The notes: generated by a model not told the origin, from the letters alone. A stretch of 64,000 bases of DNA from Octopus bimaculoides (GCF_001194135.2 NC_068981.1:129122202-129186201), one strand, 5' to 3'. Positions 1 to 13,180 are shown, numbered from the stretch's first letter. A program made the numbers and translations.

Positions 1-427
1 TTGACTGGTCTATTCAATTTCATTTACTTGAAACTACTTCAATTTTTATTCATTGTTTATAATTAATGGTTATGAAGGATTATGCTTTGAACATTGTAAT
101 TGAGATATGGAATAAGAAAATCTTAAACTATCTTGAATTTCAAAAAAATTGAAAATTTTATCTTCCCTAACTCAGAATATTTTTTGGTAACTTTACAAGT
201 ATATGCTTTTGATATTTTGTACAATCCTTAGCACAAAATTTCTTATGTATTTAGTAATATGTTAACACAATCTTTACAAGTTACTCTTATATATCAGCCA
301 AAGCAATAGTTGCATATTATGTTTTATTGTTATCATCAGAATTCCATGCCATATAAATAGTGTAAGATTAAACATTTAATCAGCCACAAAGCTTTATTCT
401 TTAATAATGATTTTTTTCCATCACTTT

Positions 428-1061
428 ACTTGAGAAGACCCAACAAACCAAGTGAGACCATAGCCCATGGCCAATGCCAGTGGGTGTAACCAGCCCACTT
501 ATGAATATCTCTCATTCATTGGACAATAAACCTTGCTTGTGAAGACCTATTGAGACAAGTGAAATCAAAATCAAAATCGCTGACATGGCCAATGACAGTA
601 CCACCTGATTGGCACTCGTGCCAGTGGAATGTTAAAAGCACATCCAAGCGTAATCGTTGCCAAGGCCACGGATTGGCTCCTGTGCCAGTGACACGTGAAA
701 AGCATCATTCGAGCATGATCATTGCCAGCATCACCCTACTGGCACATATGCCGGTGGCACGTGAAAAACAGCATTCGAGCGTGATCATTGCCAGTGCTGC
801 CGGACTGGCTCCCATGCAGATAGCATGTAAAAATACCTTTTGAGCGTGGTTGTTGCCAGAACCGCCTGACTGGCCCTCGTGCCAGTGGCACGTAAAAGCA
901 CCCACTACACTCTTGGAGTGGTTGGTATTAGGAAGGGCATCCAGCTGTAGAAACTTTGCCAGATCAGATTGAGCCTGGTGCAGCCTCTGGCTCACCAGTC
1001 CTCAGTCAAACTGTCCAACCTATGCCAGCATGGAAAGCAGACGTTAAACAATGATGATGAT
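428..1061 (+). mobile_element. RTE LINE 3' UTR fragment with (GAT)n tail
   Basis: Internal gtgccagtggcacgtaaaa repeats, ggaagggcatccagctgtagaaac motif and gcatggaaagcagacgttaaacaatgatgatgat tail, all shared with the RTE copies at 23490-24802 and 6086-8500. Confidence 0.8.
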
Positions 1062-1179
1062 TATCAAATTTCAATTGTTTTGGGTCAAATAATAGAAATT
1101 ATTAATATTTGTTATTATATGTTTAAATTCACAAGGAACAATATATTTTCAAAGCACATATCTTAAAATTTTTTTGTAG

Positions 1180-1250
1180 GATACCTCAAATTCTTGCCTA
1201 TTATGGTGTACTAAAATATTCAGATAGTTTGATGAAAACGCTAAAAGATG
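1180..1250 (+). CDS. QNG1: Queuosine 5'-phosphate N-glycosylase/hydrolase (C9orf64), internal coding exon; upstream exons lie outside the window
   Basis: tttttgtag acceptor at 1178-1179 and gtaagt donor at 1251. Reads (R)IPQILAYYGVLKYSDSLMKTLKD(G), matching the recalled QNG1 segment [25 protein letters not shown]. Its phase-1 end matches the next exon. Confidence 0.92.
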
Positions 1251-1859
1251 GTAAGTTACTGTTTCCTTTAATTTGGCATCCTATTCAGTATTTTGCCTTG
1301 AAGTTGCTTTTTGGTCTGAAATAAGTCTTTCAGAATTTCAGTATAGAAAATATTCTTCAGATATTGTAAATATCATTTCAAATTTCCATATTTTCTGCCA
1401 TAAAGTTGGGATAAGCTTCTTGTAATTCAAGTCTGTGATAACATTAACTGAACTTAAGGTGAGGTGTTTAGAAAAGTGAAAGCATGATAGGAGGAGCAAA
1501 TATATTGTTGTGAAAGGGCAGTAGAAGAGAGTATAATAAAAGAGAGTGTTGGATAGGTAATGGAAGGGAATGAGTAGTGTAAGGAGTAAGTGGGAGAGAG
1601 AGTGAGAGTGATCAGATGGTGGGGGTTGGTTGACTAGAGGGTGATCCTATGCTATCCCACTTGATACAGGTAAGTATGAATGGGTGGTAGAGGGGGTGAA
1701 TGATAAAGAATGAGGGAAAGATGAGAGCTAGTGAAAGAAAGAAAAGCAAGACAATATCAGAGAGACATAGAGGATGAATGCAGCGAGAGCATCCCAGCTA
1801 CCCTCACTACTTCCATTTCAGTGTTTACTTTGACCTACTTGCACAGGGACTGAAGGTCT

Positions 1860-2385
1860 TTTCCAGTGATGCATGTCATCACTTGTCCCTTGTCATCTCT
1901 TTTGTGGGACTCAGTGTCTTGAGATCAGTCTTCACCAATTCATCTCAAGTTTTTCTAGAGCTTCCTTTTGTGCAGGTTTCATTCACTAAATACTATGCTC
2001 TTTTTTTATACAATTGTCATCATCAATATGCATCACATATCTATACCAGTGCAGTCTTCTCTCTTACATCCAGATTTTCTTTTAACTGATTTGAAATCCA
2101 TCGTTCATGCACACTAAAATTTGACATGCTGTAAAGCAGGCTCATTTGATTTCTTTATACTCTTTTCAAATCCTCTGAATTTAAGGTCCATGTTTCACCA
2201 CCATGAATCATTGCTCCTTGCTCACAAGCATCATACAATTTGCTCTTTAGTCTGAAGTGGTAATAGCTCCATGAACTTCTTCCAACCCATTCTTACTCTG
2301 GCTACTATACTCTCAGAATACCCACCTCTACTGCTCATTAGATCACCTAGGTAACAGAAACTATTAATTACTTGCTCCAGTTATT
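1860..2385 (-). mobile_element. Old, degenerate RTE LINE ORF2 C-terminal fragment
   Basis: Diverged similarity to 6700-7000 (e.g. cattcttactctggctactatactctcagaatacccacctctactgct). No intact frame. Confidence 0.6.
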
Positions 2386-2944
2386 GTCTGACCAGATTGA
2401 AGCATCATTTACTCTTTTGCTTCATGTGAAAAAAATGCCTTCTACTGATCAGGTGTTCCATTTGTTGCCAACACCTCTGTGCAATGAGTCCAGTCTGCTA
2501 TGGCTAATGATGTGCTGATATGTACTGTATCTGATATCTGAGACATCAGATATGTTTTACCACAGCTGCAATCTTGGGTCAAGTGAAGACCAAGACCAGG
2601 TGCTTGGCATCTGTTATTTTGTTCAGATGCTCACAGCCCTTTACTAATCTGGCAATACAGCTAGCCGAACTTGCACATAGCATTCAGTAGAGGCCTAGTG
2701 ATGAGGAAGAGTAACAACGTTTTAGGGAAATTCTAAGCATTGACAAGCACCAAGTAATTGATCTCTTCAAAGATTGGTGAAATGGTGTGGTTGCCTGAGT
2801 GAATGGGCCTGCTCCCAGTATGTGCCAAAAACACTGGAAAAGGACAGCTAGAAGGCACTTACCTTTGGTATTCAGAGTAATCTTGCATTTGTAGGATTTC
2901 TCACACATTTGTATATTGTATATATCACTTTTTCTTTATTGTGA

Positions 2945-3070
2945 ATGGTTGATTTTGCCTTCTATCCTTTTGGGGTCAATAAATTAAGTATCAGTCAAGT
3001 ACTGGGGTCGATGTAATCAACATTCCCCCTCTCCCAAAATTTCAGGCCTTGTACCAATAGTAGAAAGGAT
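2945..3070 (+). mobile_element. SINE family C 3' part (tttgcctttcatccttt..ggtcgataaaataagtacc core)
   Basis: Matches copies at 22870-23085, 49930-50530 and 57249-57470. The core resembles the Meta/MESC SINE domain from memory only. Confidence 0.65.
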
Positions 3071-3604
3071 TATTATTATTATTATCATATTTTAAAAGGA
3101 GTGACATAACTCCTCACAAAGGTAAATAAACAATACAAAGAGTGCAGTGCAATTGCAAATTGATATTTTATTGGTTTGAAGAATATTTCAACAGCTTGCC
3201 TGCCTTTGTCGAGTTCAAAATGAAAAGTGATACATAGAAATTCAAATTCAAAAGTTTGAACAAGGGAAACCCCACTTTGATGGAATGACATCATCTTTAA
3301 TTTTCAATTTTACAACTGGAAAAAAGAAAAGGAAAGAAGAAAAAAAGAAGAATATTTAATCAAACAGTTTTGTGTAAATATGATGAAATTCCTGTCATTT
3401 TGTTCATTCTTTCAGAGTGTGATGTTAATGACTCACAAACATATTTCTCCTCGTGCATTTTGAGGACTGAAAGTGTAGCAGATTCAGAATATTTTCTGAG
3501 AATATGCACTTTCAAGTCTTTTTCAAAATTGCAGCTGTTTGATGTAAAGTTTTCGGCAAGATCTGTTGAGCTACTGTTATTGTGCCTGACGTCATATCTG
3601 TGCC

Positions 3605-3897
3605 CATTGAATCTTTTGTTTAATTGTTCTGTTGTTGCTGAGACTCCCTTCGGTCATGACTGACCATGGGATTGCACCTAGAAAGTTACCCTTCCGGGCA
3701 AGGTTGTTTATGGAAGACCAGCAGTCGCCCATGCATACCAGCTTCCCCTCTCTACACCACCAGTGTTATCCAAGGGAAAGGCAAAGGTTGATACAGCTTG
3801 GCACCTGTGACATCACAACTCATTTCTACAGCTGAGCAAACTGGAGCAACATGAAATAAAGTGTCTTGCTCAAGAACACAACATGCAGCCCAGTCCA
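3605..3897 (-). mobile_element. CORE-type SINE fragment
   Basis: The minus strand reads tgtgttcttgagcaagacacttt, a CORE-domain-like motif. Confidence 0.5.
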
Positions 3898-4083
3898 TTT
3901 CTGTTATGTTTCCTGATAGAATTGACTTGAGTCATGTTGTTGCACAATGAACAGGGCTTGCCTCTCTTGTGGCTGAGTTTCAAGGTACAGCATGCAGAAA
4001 CTCCAGTGTTAGTTTTCTTGGAGTGAGAAGTAGAGGTTAATAGTTCTCTTATATTTTTATTCCATCTGAAGGTTAATGATGTA

Positions 4084-4172
4084 AAAAAACATCATACAAA
4101 CATGTCTGAGGCTTGGATTGACTTTAAGAAGGCATATGATATGATGGTTCATTCTTCGGTCGTTAAATGCCT
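4084..4172 (+). mobile_element. R4/Dong-clade non-LTR retrotransposon RT fragment
   Basis: Translates KKHHTNMSEAWIDFKKAYDMMVHSSVVKCL, matching the clade motif LSMAWIDYKKAYDMVPHSWI. Confidence 0.7.
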
Positions 4173-4295
4173 TGGTGATGGATTACGTCAGCTATGTTTA
4201 CCTTAGTGATGGATTGTGTCAATCGTACAAAGTAAAGAACTCTTCTCTCTTTATCTATAAAAACTTCTGTTGAGTTACTTCAGTCCTACATAAAC

Positions 4296-4344
<49 letters not shown>
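4296..4344. repeat. (TTA)n microsatellite
   Basis: Directly visible, about 55 nt upstream of the QNG1 exon acceptor. Confidence 0.95.
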
Positions 4345-4398
4345 TGTAAAGAATAAAAAGTTTAGGAAGGTTATTATTATTATTTTTTTTTTTTTCAG

Positions 4399-4466
4399 GT
4401 GTTGTCATGAAGAATGGAGATAGATTAGAAGTAGAGATCCGTGGTTGCTCAATCTGGTCTGTTGAG
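4399..4466 (+). CDS. QNG1: QNG1 penultimate coding exon
   Basis: Poly-T + cag acceptor (4397-4398), donor gtaatt at 4467. Reads (G)VVMKNGDRLEVEIRGCSIWSVE, containing the conserved EVEIRGCS-W-VE motif. Confidence 0.95.
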
Positions 4467-5210
4467 GTAATTTGTGTTGAGTTTTGTGTATTTATTACTT
4501 TTAATCCTGCAGGTGTATATACATGATTGTAGGTCTAGTTAGGTGCACATGTGTGTGTGTTTGACCCCACCACTGCCTGACGACCAGTGTTGATTTCTGA
4601 ACATCCCTGTAACTTAGCAGTTCAACAAAAGAGACTGATATAGAATAAGTACTGGCGTCAATTTGTTTCATTAAACCCTTCAAGGCAGTGCTCCATCATG
4701 GCTGCAGTCCAATGACTGAAAAAAACAATAATGATAATATGGCCCTGAATAAATAAGAAGGATGTAATTGTCATGAATAGGATGTTTTAAATCATGGGTT
4801 TACTACTTCCTTGAGGCTAATCAGGAACAATAATACTTATAAAATACTAGAATAAGTTTTATGGCACGAGGAAGAAAGGAAGTCAAATATTTTTTTATGT
4901 ATATAAGTAAAGAAAAGATTCTTCCATTGTTTCAAACTAATTTTTCTATCATTTTTAATTTATGTGTGTATGTATATGTGTTTGTATGTGTGTTTGTATG
5001 CTGATGCCACATAAAACCACTCACACCAGTGCTACATTAAAAGCATCCAGTACTCTCTGTAAAGTGGATGGTATTAGGAAGGGCATCAAGCTGTAGAAAC
5101 CAGGCCAAAACAGACAAATGGAGCCCAGGCAGCTCTCCAGCTGGCCAGCTTCTATCAAACTGTTCAACCTATGCCAGTATGGAGGAGAGAATTTATATGA
5201 CTATGATATA

Positions 5211-6057
5211 CGTGGTCTGATCAATAAGTATCTGGACTGTTGCCATAGTAACGAAGCTAAAGCACACAAAGTAAAACTGCTTGGTACAGACTGACCTTGA
5301 CCTCTGCTGTGCATGTGCACTAAGTTTTAATGTTCTAGCTCATTTCCGCTATTTACAGCAGTGCTTGGAAGGAAGGTGTGTAGTGTGTGATTGTTGCATT
5401 GACCATGACAGAAAGTTGAGAGAATCTGCATCAAATTTTGTCAAAAGCTTGTCGATATCTGCTTAGAGGCCTACACAAAGTTTTCAAAAATTTTCTATCA
5501 TTTTCGACACAATCAAGATCTTGTGCAGCTGAAACTCGAGTGTCTTTTTGGTCAACTGAAAGCAGTTTCGGCACAAACTTGGCAGACATGCGACTCATAC
5601 CCAAATCTTCAGTGATAATGGACTGAACTGAACCATAGCTAATCTGCACATCCTCTAATAACTCATGGATAGTGATTTGACAATTTCTCCTCACAGCTGC
5701 ATGCACATCTGCAATGTTTTTCTCAGTTCTGCTAGTTGCAGGTCTCCCAGAACATTTATCAATATCAACATTTTTTCAGCCATCTTGGAAACATCCGAAC
5801 CACTCATACACTCCTCTCCATACACTTTCTGCAACTTTGCATCGGCCTCTAAGCAGGTATCATGGTTAATGCAATGATAATATGCTACATACTTTCCTTC
5901 CAAGCACTGCTGTAAACAGCAGAAGTAAGCTAGAGTGTTAAAACTTAGTACGTATGCACAACAAAGTTCACGTTTAATCTGTGCCAAGTGGCTTCACTCT
6001 GTATGCTTTAGCTTCATTACTATAGCAACAGTTCAGTTACTTATTGATCAGACCTCA
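5211..6057. mobile_element. Mariner-derived foldback element made of two inverted 5' ends
   Basis: TA flanks at 5209-5210 and 6058-6059. Ends cgtggtctgatcaataagta / tacttattgatcagacctca. About 240-bp imperfect arms. Minus-strand transposase remnants LQKVYGEECMS and ITEDLGMSRMSAKFVPKLLSVDQK stop before the DDD domain. Confidence 0.85.
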
Positions 6058-6085
6058 TATGTATGTATGTGTGTGTTTATATTTG

Positions 6086-8500
6086 CATCATCATCATCAT
6101 TGTCATCGTTTAACGTCCACTTTCCATGCTGGTATGAGCTGGACAGTTTGACTGAGGGCTGGCAAGCCAGAAGGCTGCACCAGATTCCAATCTGATCTGG
6201 TAAAATTTCTACAGCTGGATGCCCTTCCTAATGCCAACCACTCCGAGAGTGGCACAAAGGCCAGTCAGGTGGTACTGGCATCGGTCATGACAATGACTTC
6301 ACTTGTGTCAACAGGTCTTTGCAAGTGCAGTTTAAAGCCCAATGATTGAAGAATACTCTTAAATGGGCTGGTTATTCTACACTGGCATAGGCCATGGTTA
6401 CAGTCTCACTTGGATTGCTGGGTCTTCTCAAGCACAGCATATCTCCAAAGGTCTCGGTCACTTGTCATCGCCTTCGTGAGGCCCAACATTTGAAGGTCAT
6501 GCTTCACTACTTCATCTCAGGTTTTCTTGGATCTACCTCTTCCACAGGTTCTCTCTACTGCATGGGTGTGACACTTCTTCACACAGCTGTCCTCATCCAT
6601 ATGTAACACATAACCATACCAGTGCAGTCGTCTCTTTTGCACACCACATCTAATGCTTCTTATGTCCAACTTTTCTCTCAGGGCACTTACACTCTGTCTT
6701 GTGTGCACACCGACATTACACATCTAGCAGAGCATACTAGCTTCATTTCTTTCAAGCTTACACATGTCCTCAGCAGTCACAGCCCATGTTTTACTGCTAT
6801 GTAGTGTGGCTATTCGCACACATGCGTCACACAGTCTACCTTTTACTCTGAGCGAGAGGCCCTTTGTCACCAGCAGAGGTAGGGGCTCTCTGAACTTTGC
6901 CCAGGCTATTCTTATTCTAGAAGCTATACTCTCAGAGCATCCTCCACTGCTATTGACTTGGTCATCTTGGTAATGGAAGCTATCAACTACTTCTCGTTTT
7001 TGCCCCTGAGCATTTGCTACACACAAAAACTATCTTCCCAGTTAGCCTTTCTTTGATATTGCTGCACCTCTTATGTGTCCATAGTTTACACTGGGTACAT
7101 CTTATGGAGTTTCTACCTATGCCTTTTCTACAGATCGAGCAGGGCCATCTACCTGAAGGGATTTGTGATTTGTCTGCCTTCCTAGTTATTAAGACTTTGG
7201 TTTTGCTAGATTGACTCTAAGGTCCTTCGATTCTAGACCTTGCTTCCACACCTGAAATTTCTCCTCTAGTTCTGATATTGACTCAGTTATTAGAGCAAAG
7301 TCATCAGCATAGAGAAGCTCCCAGGGGTATCCTGACCTTGAATTCCTCTGTTATTGCCTGGAGGACTATGATAAATAAAAGGGGTCTGAGGACTTAACCT
7401 TGGTGGACCTCTACCCCTATCCGCAATTCTTCACTATACTCGTTGCCAACCCTCACCTTACTGAGAGCATCCCTGTACATGGTTTGTACAGCTCTCATTA
7501 ACCACTCGTCTATCCCTAGTTTCTGCATTGTCCACCAGATAAGGGATCAGAGGACCCTGTCAAAGACTTTCTCCATGTCAGGTACAGAGGTTTATCTTTG
7601 GCTAGGAATTTCTCCTGCAGCTATCTTACCAGATATAAGCATCAGTGGTGCTTTTCCCTGGCACAAACCCAAACTGCATCTCATGTAAACTAACTCTCTC
7701 CCTAATTAGTTGGGCTATGACCCTCTCTGTGACTTTCATTACCTGATCTAACAACTTGATACCTCTGTAATTATTCATATCTAATGTATCACCTTTACCT
7801 CTGTAGCTGTTGACTATGGTGCTGCTACAACAGTCATTGGGTATGACTCCTTCATGTATTACCTGATTGACTATACGGGTGACTAGACTATAGCCGACAC
7901 CGCAGACATTTTAAGCATCTCTGTGGTGATTCCTGACGAGCCAGGGGCTTTCCCTGTCTTCATACCCCTAATTGCTTTGTCTACCAAGCTACTGTCAATT
8001 CGGAAAGCTGGTCCCTCTTTTGGATTGACATTCGGCAAATTCTCTTTCTCCCATTCATTCTCTTCATTTAGCAACCTTTCATAGTGGCATCTCCAAGTCT
8101 CTCTCTTTGCAGCCTTGTTAAATGCAAGTGAGCCATCATCAATGTGGATACATTTCTCTTCTATGACATCACAATTCTCTCTCACACACTGTCTTGCAAC
8201 ACGAAACACTTCAAGTCTTTGGTCTTCACAATGCAGAACATTGACAAATTTTTTCTTATCTGCTTCCCCTCTGGCAAAATAAACCTGTCTCCTAGCTTCC
8301 CTTCTGGCAATCTGATACAATTCCCTGCTACCACCATTCTTCCAGTCCTTCTATGCCTGTTTATTTTTCCTAATGGCCCTGTCAACTACATTGTTCTACC
8401 ACCACATTACCATGGGTCAAGATGGGACTTTGCACCAGCCACAGATCTGGTTAGTAGCCCACAACAAGTTGTTCCATAGGAACCTCCAGTTGTCTTCTGC
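6086..8500 (-). mobile_element. 5'-truncated, decayed RTE-clade LINE (RT plus C-terminus plus 3' UTR)
   Basis: MKTGKAPGSSGITTEMLK (ORF 7883-8320), QFGFVPGKSTTDA, YADD at 7300-7311, RRLHWYGYVLHMDEDSCVKKC...GRGR, and a (cat)n tail at 6086. Confidence 0.92.
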
Positions 8501-8504
8501 ATCA

Positions 8505-9244
8505 TGTGAAAGAATATTAATGATAATAATGAGATAGAATTGGGCATTTGCATTCTCAACTAGAGCTATAACCAACAGTTTTCAGTCAACCAAACTGTGA
8601 CAAAATTAGATAAATGAACGAATAAATGACAATAATAAATGAGCGTGAAAGAGAGGGAGAAGGGAGAGAGAGGGAAAGTTGGATTGAGTGAAGGGATCTT
8701 AAGTTTGTTCCTCTAAACATACAGCATGGAAGACGAAACTGTGTTTACATCGATAGATAATGAAATGAAATAATAAAGTAATTGTAATTTGTACTGAAAA
8801 AGAGGTTTTAGATGTGTGCTAGGCTGGAAAACAAAGTTACTTATCTGAACATCTTCTGATTTCTATCACGTGTGGTGAGGTATTAAAATATGAGGTAGGG
8901 GAATCTGAATGAGCTAGTTTATATAGGGTGAGGTGGGTGGGGGAGCAGAGGTAAAGTGTTGGGAGAAGCAAGTGATTAACGAAACTGAGAAAGAGGAAGA
9001 GAGAGAGACCAGAGTTAGGCTGGTCGAAGACAGAATATGAGGAGATGGAATTTTGGGATTTAGGCTAACATAATTGAACGAAGTGGAAGAATAGAAATTC
9101 AAATAATAAGATAGAATTGGGCACTGCAAAACAGCAAAAATTGAGGCTGCCGGTGTGAAAGAATATTAATGATTGTAATGAGATAGAATTGGGTATTTGC
9201 ATTCTTAATTAGAACTATAACCAACAGTCAGCCAAACTGTGACA
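8505..9244. repeat. Unit bounded by about 95-bp direct repeats (8505-8602 and 9154-9244) that begin TG and end CA
   Basis: Both copies read tgtgaaagaatattaatgat...aaccaacagt..ccaaactgtgaca. A partial third copy lies near 9107-9123. Confidence 0.7.
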
Positions 9245-9603
9245 TGCATATTTATACAATTATACATACATTCACACACACACACACACCTATTAATTAG
9301 GTGAACAAACAAGCCAAATAGATTTCATTCTCTCCAAGAAAAGGATAAACAGATGGTTGTGAGTGTACACCCAGCAGAGATGCAAATTGTTGGAAAAGGG
9401 AAATATAGAAGCTTAAAGATCCAGTGAAGAGTCAAAAATTTAAGGACCTATGAATATTCATGTTAAACATCAACTACTGATTCAGTCTCAACAATCTAGT
9501 TGGGCCTGGGAAAGTCATTACCCTTCTGACTAACTTATGAAAAACGTAATTGACTCTTTTTCAGTTTTCAATAAAATATTCCTTTTTTTAACTCTTTTTT
9601 CAG

Positions 9604-9768
9604 ATGATTCGAGAGGAATCCCAAAAATTACTGGACAAAGATGAAGAGACCAAAAATGCCTTGTTTAATTCTGTATTACTTGATCAATTTTTGTGGGATT
9701 ATCGTCAATTACATGCTGAAGAAATGGATGGTATCCCTATCCACAAGGTGCGATGCATATATTATTAA
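9604..9768 (+). CDS. QNG1: QNG1 terminal coding exon including stop codon
   Basis: ttttcag acceptor (9602-9603), phase 0. Reads MIREESQKLLDKDEETKNALFNSVLLDQFLWDYRQLHAEEMDGIPIHKVRCIYY*, matching the family C-terminus NS-LLD-LWDY...H-R-CIYY. An AATAAA follows at 9803-9808. Confidence 0.95.
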   Translation: MIREESQKLLDKDEETKNALFNSVLLDQFLWDYRQLHAEEMDGIPIHKVRCIYY

Positions 9769-9995
9769 TTGAAAAAAAATCTTTACATTCTTAGTATGGA
9801 AAAATAAAGATAAAGTTTTAATTACTTTTTAGATATTTTTTTGTTGTCACTTTTTTTCACACTGTATGCTAGTTAACCATTGGTTTAATGTAAATCGCTG
9901 CCATCATTCCTCATATCCAACCACGAATAATATTGATTCCATTGTTTTGTCATATTTGCAGTTGAATTCTATATAAGTAGATTATATGAACAACA

Positions 9996-10373
9996 GGAGG
10001 CGCAATGGCCCAGTGGTTAGGGCAGTGGACTCGCGGTCATAGGATCGCGGTTTCGATTCCCAGGCTGGGCATTGTGAGTGTTTATTGAGCGAAAACACCT
10101 AAAGCTCCACGGGGCTCCAGCAGGGGATGGTGGCGAACCCTGCTGTACTCTTCCACCACAACTTTCTCTCACTCTTATTTCCTGATTCTGTTGTGCCTGT
10201 AATTCAAAGGGTCAGCCTTGTCACACTGTCACGCTGAATATCCCCGAGAACTACGTTAAAGGTACATGTGTCTGTGGAGTGCTCAGCCACTTGCACGTTA
10301 ATTTCACGAGCAGGCTGTTCCGTTGATCGGATCAACTGGAACCCTTGACGTCGTAAGCGACGGAGTGCCAACA
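9996..10373 (+). mobile_element. Full-length tRNA-derived SINE, family A
   Basis: A box tggcccagtgg, B box gtttcgattc, and a 12-bp TSD atatgaacaaca (9984-9995 and 10374-10385). A near-identical copy lies at 56206-56581. Confidence 0.9.
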
Positions 10374-12461
10374 ATATGAACAACAAACAAAATTACATGA
10401 AAATTTAAATGCATTGAATGAATTACACTTTAGTTTCAATGAGTTATTAATTTAGTTGTTTCATCATTGTAACTACCTGTTGTAAAACAGTCTTTTGCCA
10501 CTGTTGTATCTGTCTTTTGATGACGGTTGTCGCTCTGACAGATAGTGTTATATTTCAAAATTGTCAATAGAATGGTTCTCTCTGGCACTGTACAACCCTT
10601 AGTCGTACAGTGTTATTATCCTCAAAAGGTTGGAACATTATAACGTCCACTCAGTATCACAGTATGATTACTATATCAGCACAGACATGACTATTAACAT
10701 AGTCTACATGTACTGTTGATCTTCCGACTTTTCCTCTGTCGACTGGCTTCTGTCTATTTATAATGGCTGGCTACTTTCACTTCTTACTGGGAGGGGTGTA
10801 CATTTTTATTATACAACACTACCTTTTACCTATTTATAATAGAGTACAATTGATATGATGAAATTTACACAAATGCCTGTATTCTGAATATAATCCTCCG
10901 GGACAACCAGCATATGGCTGGGCCCATTATCACTGATGTACTCCAGTTTATGGACTTTTACATAGTTCCCACATCCCACTTTCACTCACATTACTTAGCT
11001 GGATCTCAAACTTTAATAGAAAACACATGCACAAGGTACTACATACTAGGATTGAACCTCATGATTGCAAAGCAAATTTCTTAACCATTCAACCTTTTAA
11101 AATAGGTTCACACATTTAATAATGCTTTTTCCTTTTGTATCACTTCATTTATTCCACTATTCCCACCTCTCTCTTTTTTCTCCTTTCTCTCTCCATTTTC
11201 CATTACCAGCGCCAACATCACTGCCAATATCTCTGCTGCCTCCATTCCATAACTATCTACTGTTTACTTATTCTATTTTGATTACTTTCATTTTCATGAC
11301 ACAGTAGGTAGATAGGAAGGTACTAGTGTATTAATAAATAGTTTTAGTCTAGATAAGCCCCAGATGGCACATTCTTCATATACATATATGTATGCATGTA
11401 TATCTATTTTGTAGCAAATCAAATAATTAGTTCCAAATGTGGAACTTGGTTTCTAATTAACAGGGCCTAAAAATATATCTAGCAAAGTCACTTTAGCAGG
11501 ATAGGATGCAAATGCTTACAGCCACTAAGAAATTGGCCATGCTCAATATTTAGAACTGAAGTAGGTAGGAATTCCATTCTGTGTATTTAATGTAAACTAT
11601 AGAAACTCAAAACATTTGGGGCATAGGCAAACTGATAGAGAAAAGGAACTTCCTATGTAACAGATGAAAGGGAAGAATTAGCAGTAAGAGCTCGAAGTCT
11701 TTTGTCCTTGCTCAAGCTACATAGCTAGGGTAAGAACAATGTGGAAAACAGTTCAGAAATCTGTTGCTTCTGTTGACATCAATATGACTATCTCTGAGTG
11801 ACGGATGGAACCAGTTTGCTAAATGAACACCAATGCAAAAATAGATGTGGTGGGTAAGCCTGTGAGTATAATTCTTTTTAGATTTTTAGTCTATTTACCC
11901 CTTCATACTCCATGTATTATATTTTGTCTCCTTATCACATTCATTTCATTACATGGTGTATTAGTAAATGGGAAATTACATGAATCACCCGACAGGGAGT
12001 CGTTAATAATGTGAAAATGGCTTAAAGCTTGCAGTCACTTGACATTTACTGAGTGATGGGTCTAGTATTGAAAATATCTGTAGCATCTTTGTTCAAGCAT
12101 CAGGAAACGGTAAGGGACTTGAAAAGCTGATAGTCTGCAATGGATCAGAAGTGATCACAGGGATTATGCACAAAGTCATGTGATCTTTTGAGCTTTTGGA
12201 ATTTAATATGAAAAAAATTGGTGGGCTTGCTCAAGTACTGACAGGCATCACATATATCTACAAAATGAAACATACAATTTTGAAAAAATTTGTGATGTGT
12301 GTCAGTATGTATGTGTGCGTGCTCACCATTTTCCTTTTCACATCAAATTCTAATATAATTGTAATTTACACACTCTGAAAGGTGTTTGTAGAAAATTGCA
12401 TTTAAAAATACCCATTTTCCCAAAAGTTATGAGAAAAAGCTGACTTGTGAATTTTCTGATC

Positions 12462-12845
12462 TAGAGAGTTACTCATAGTCTAGACTGTAGTGCTTAGGCT
12501 GAAGGGCCTAGCTGTGAATTATAGAGTGGAATAGTCTTAACTTTGGCTAATGTACTGAGGGGATCTAGACTGTGACTCAAACTCATAGGCTAGGTACCCT
12601 TACTGTGAACTATAGCTTGGAGGCTCTGGACTAAAAGTCATAGCCTAGGGGCTTCCTTCACTGTGAATCATAGTCTGGTAGGGTTGCCTAGATCATGACT
12701 CCTGGCCTTGACACAGCCCTAGACTGTGACTCATTGGCTGAGGGTTCTAGACTGACTCAAAGGCTGAAGGCCATAGCTGCCTCATAGTCTAAGATGTAAC
12801 CTAGACTGTCACTCATGTTGGGTGGGCATAGACTGCGTCATACAT
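12462..12845. repeat. Degenerate minisatellite, unit about 28-30 bp (ctagactgtgactcataggctgaggg-like)
   Basis: Recurrent ctagactgtgactca / ctgtgaatcatag / ctagactgtcactca units. Confidence 0.7.
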
Positions 12846-13180
12846 TTGTATGATCTAGATGTGCATACCTATGTATATACATACAGACATATGTACAAGC
12901 ATACTTACATAAATACAGGCATATGTCAAGCATGTGTACATGCAGATGTACTTAATGATGTATGTGCATAAATATGTACATAAATGTGTGCATCAATACA
13001 TACATCCATTAATACTATGTGCATTAATACATACAGATGTATATGCATAGGTAGGTGTAGACATATGCACATGCATACACCTAGTCTGTACATGTATATA
13101 TATTTACACCTGTACATACAGATATGCGTACACAACTACATATGAATGTATGCGCATACAGACACACACACACACACATA

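Noticed and set aside
10204-10386. Similar ORFs at 10204-10386 (minus) and 56133-56399 (plus) suggesting a small gene family
   Set aside because: Both are antisense readings of SINE family A copies with TSDs.
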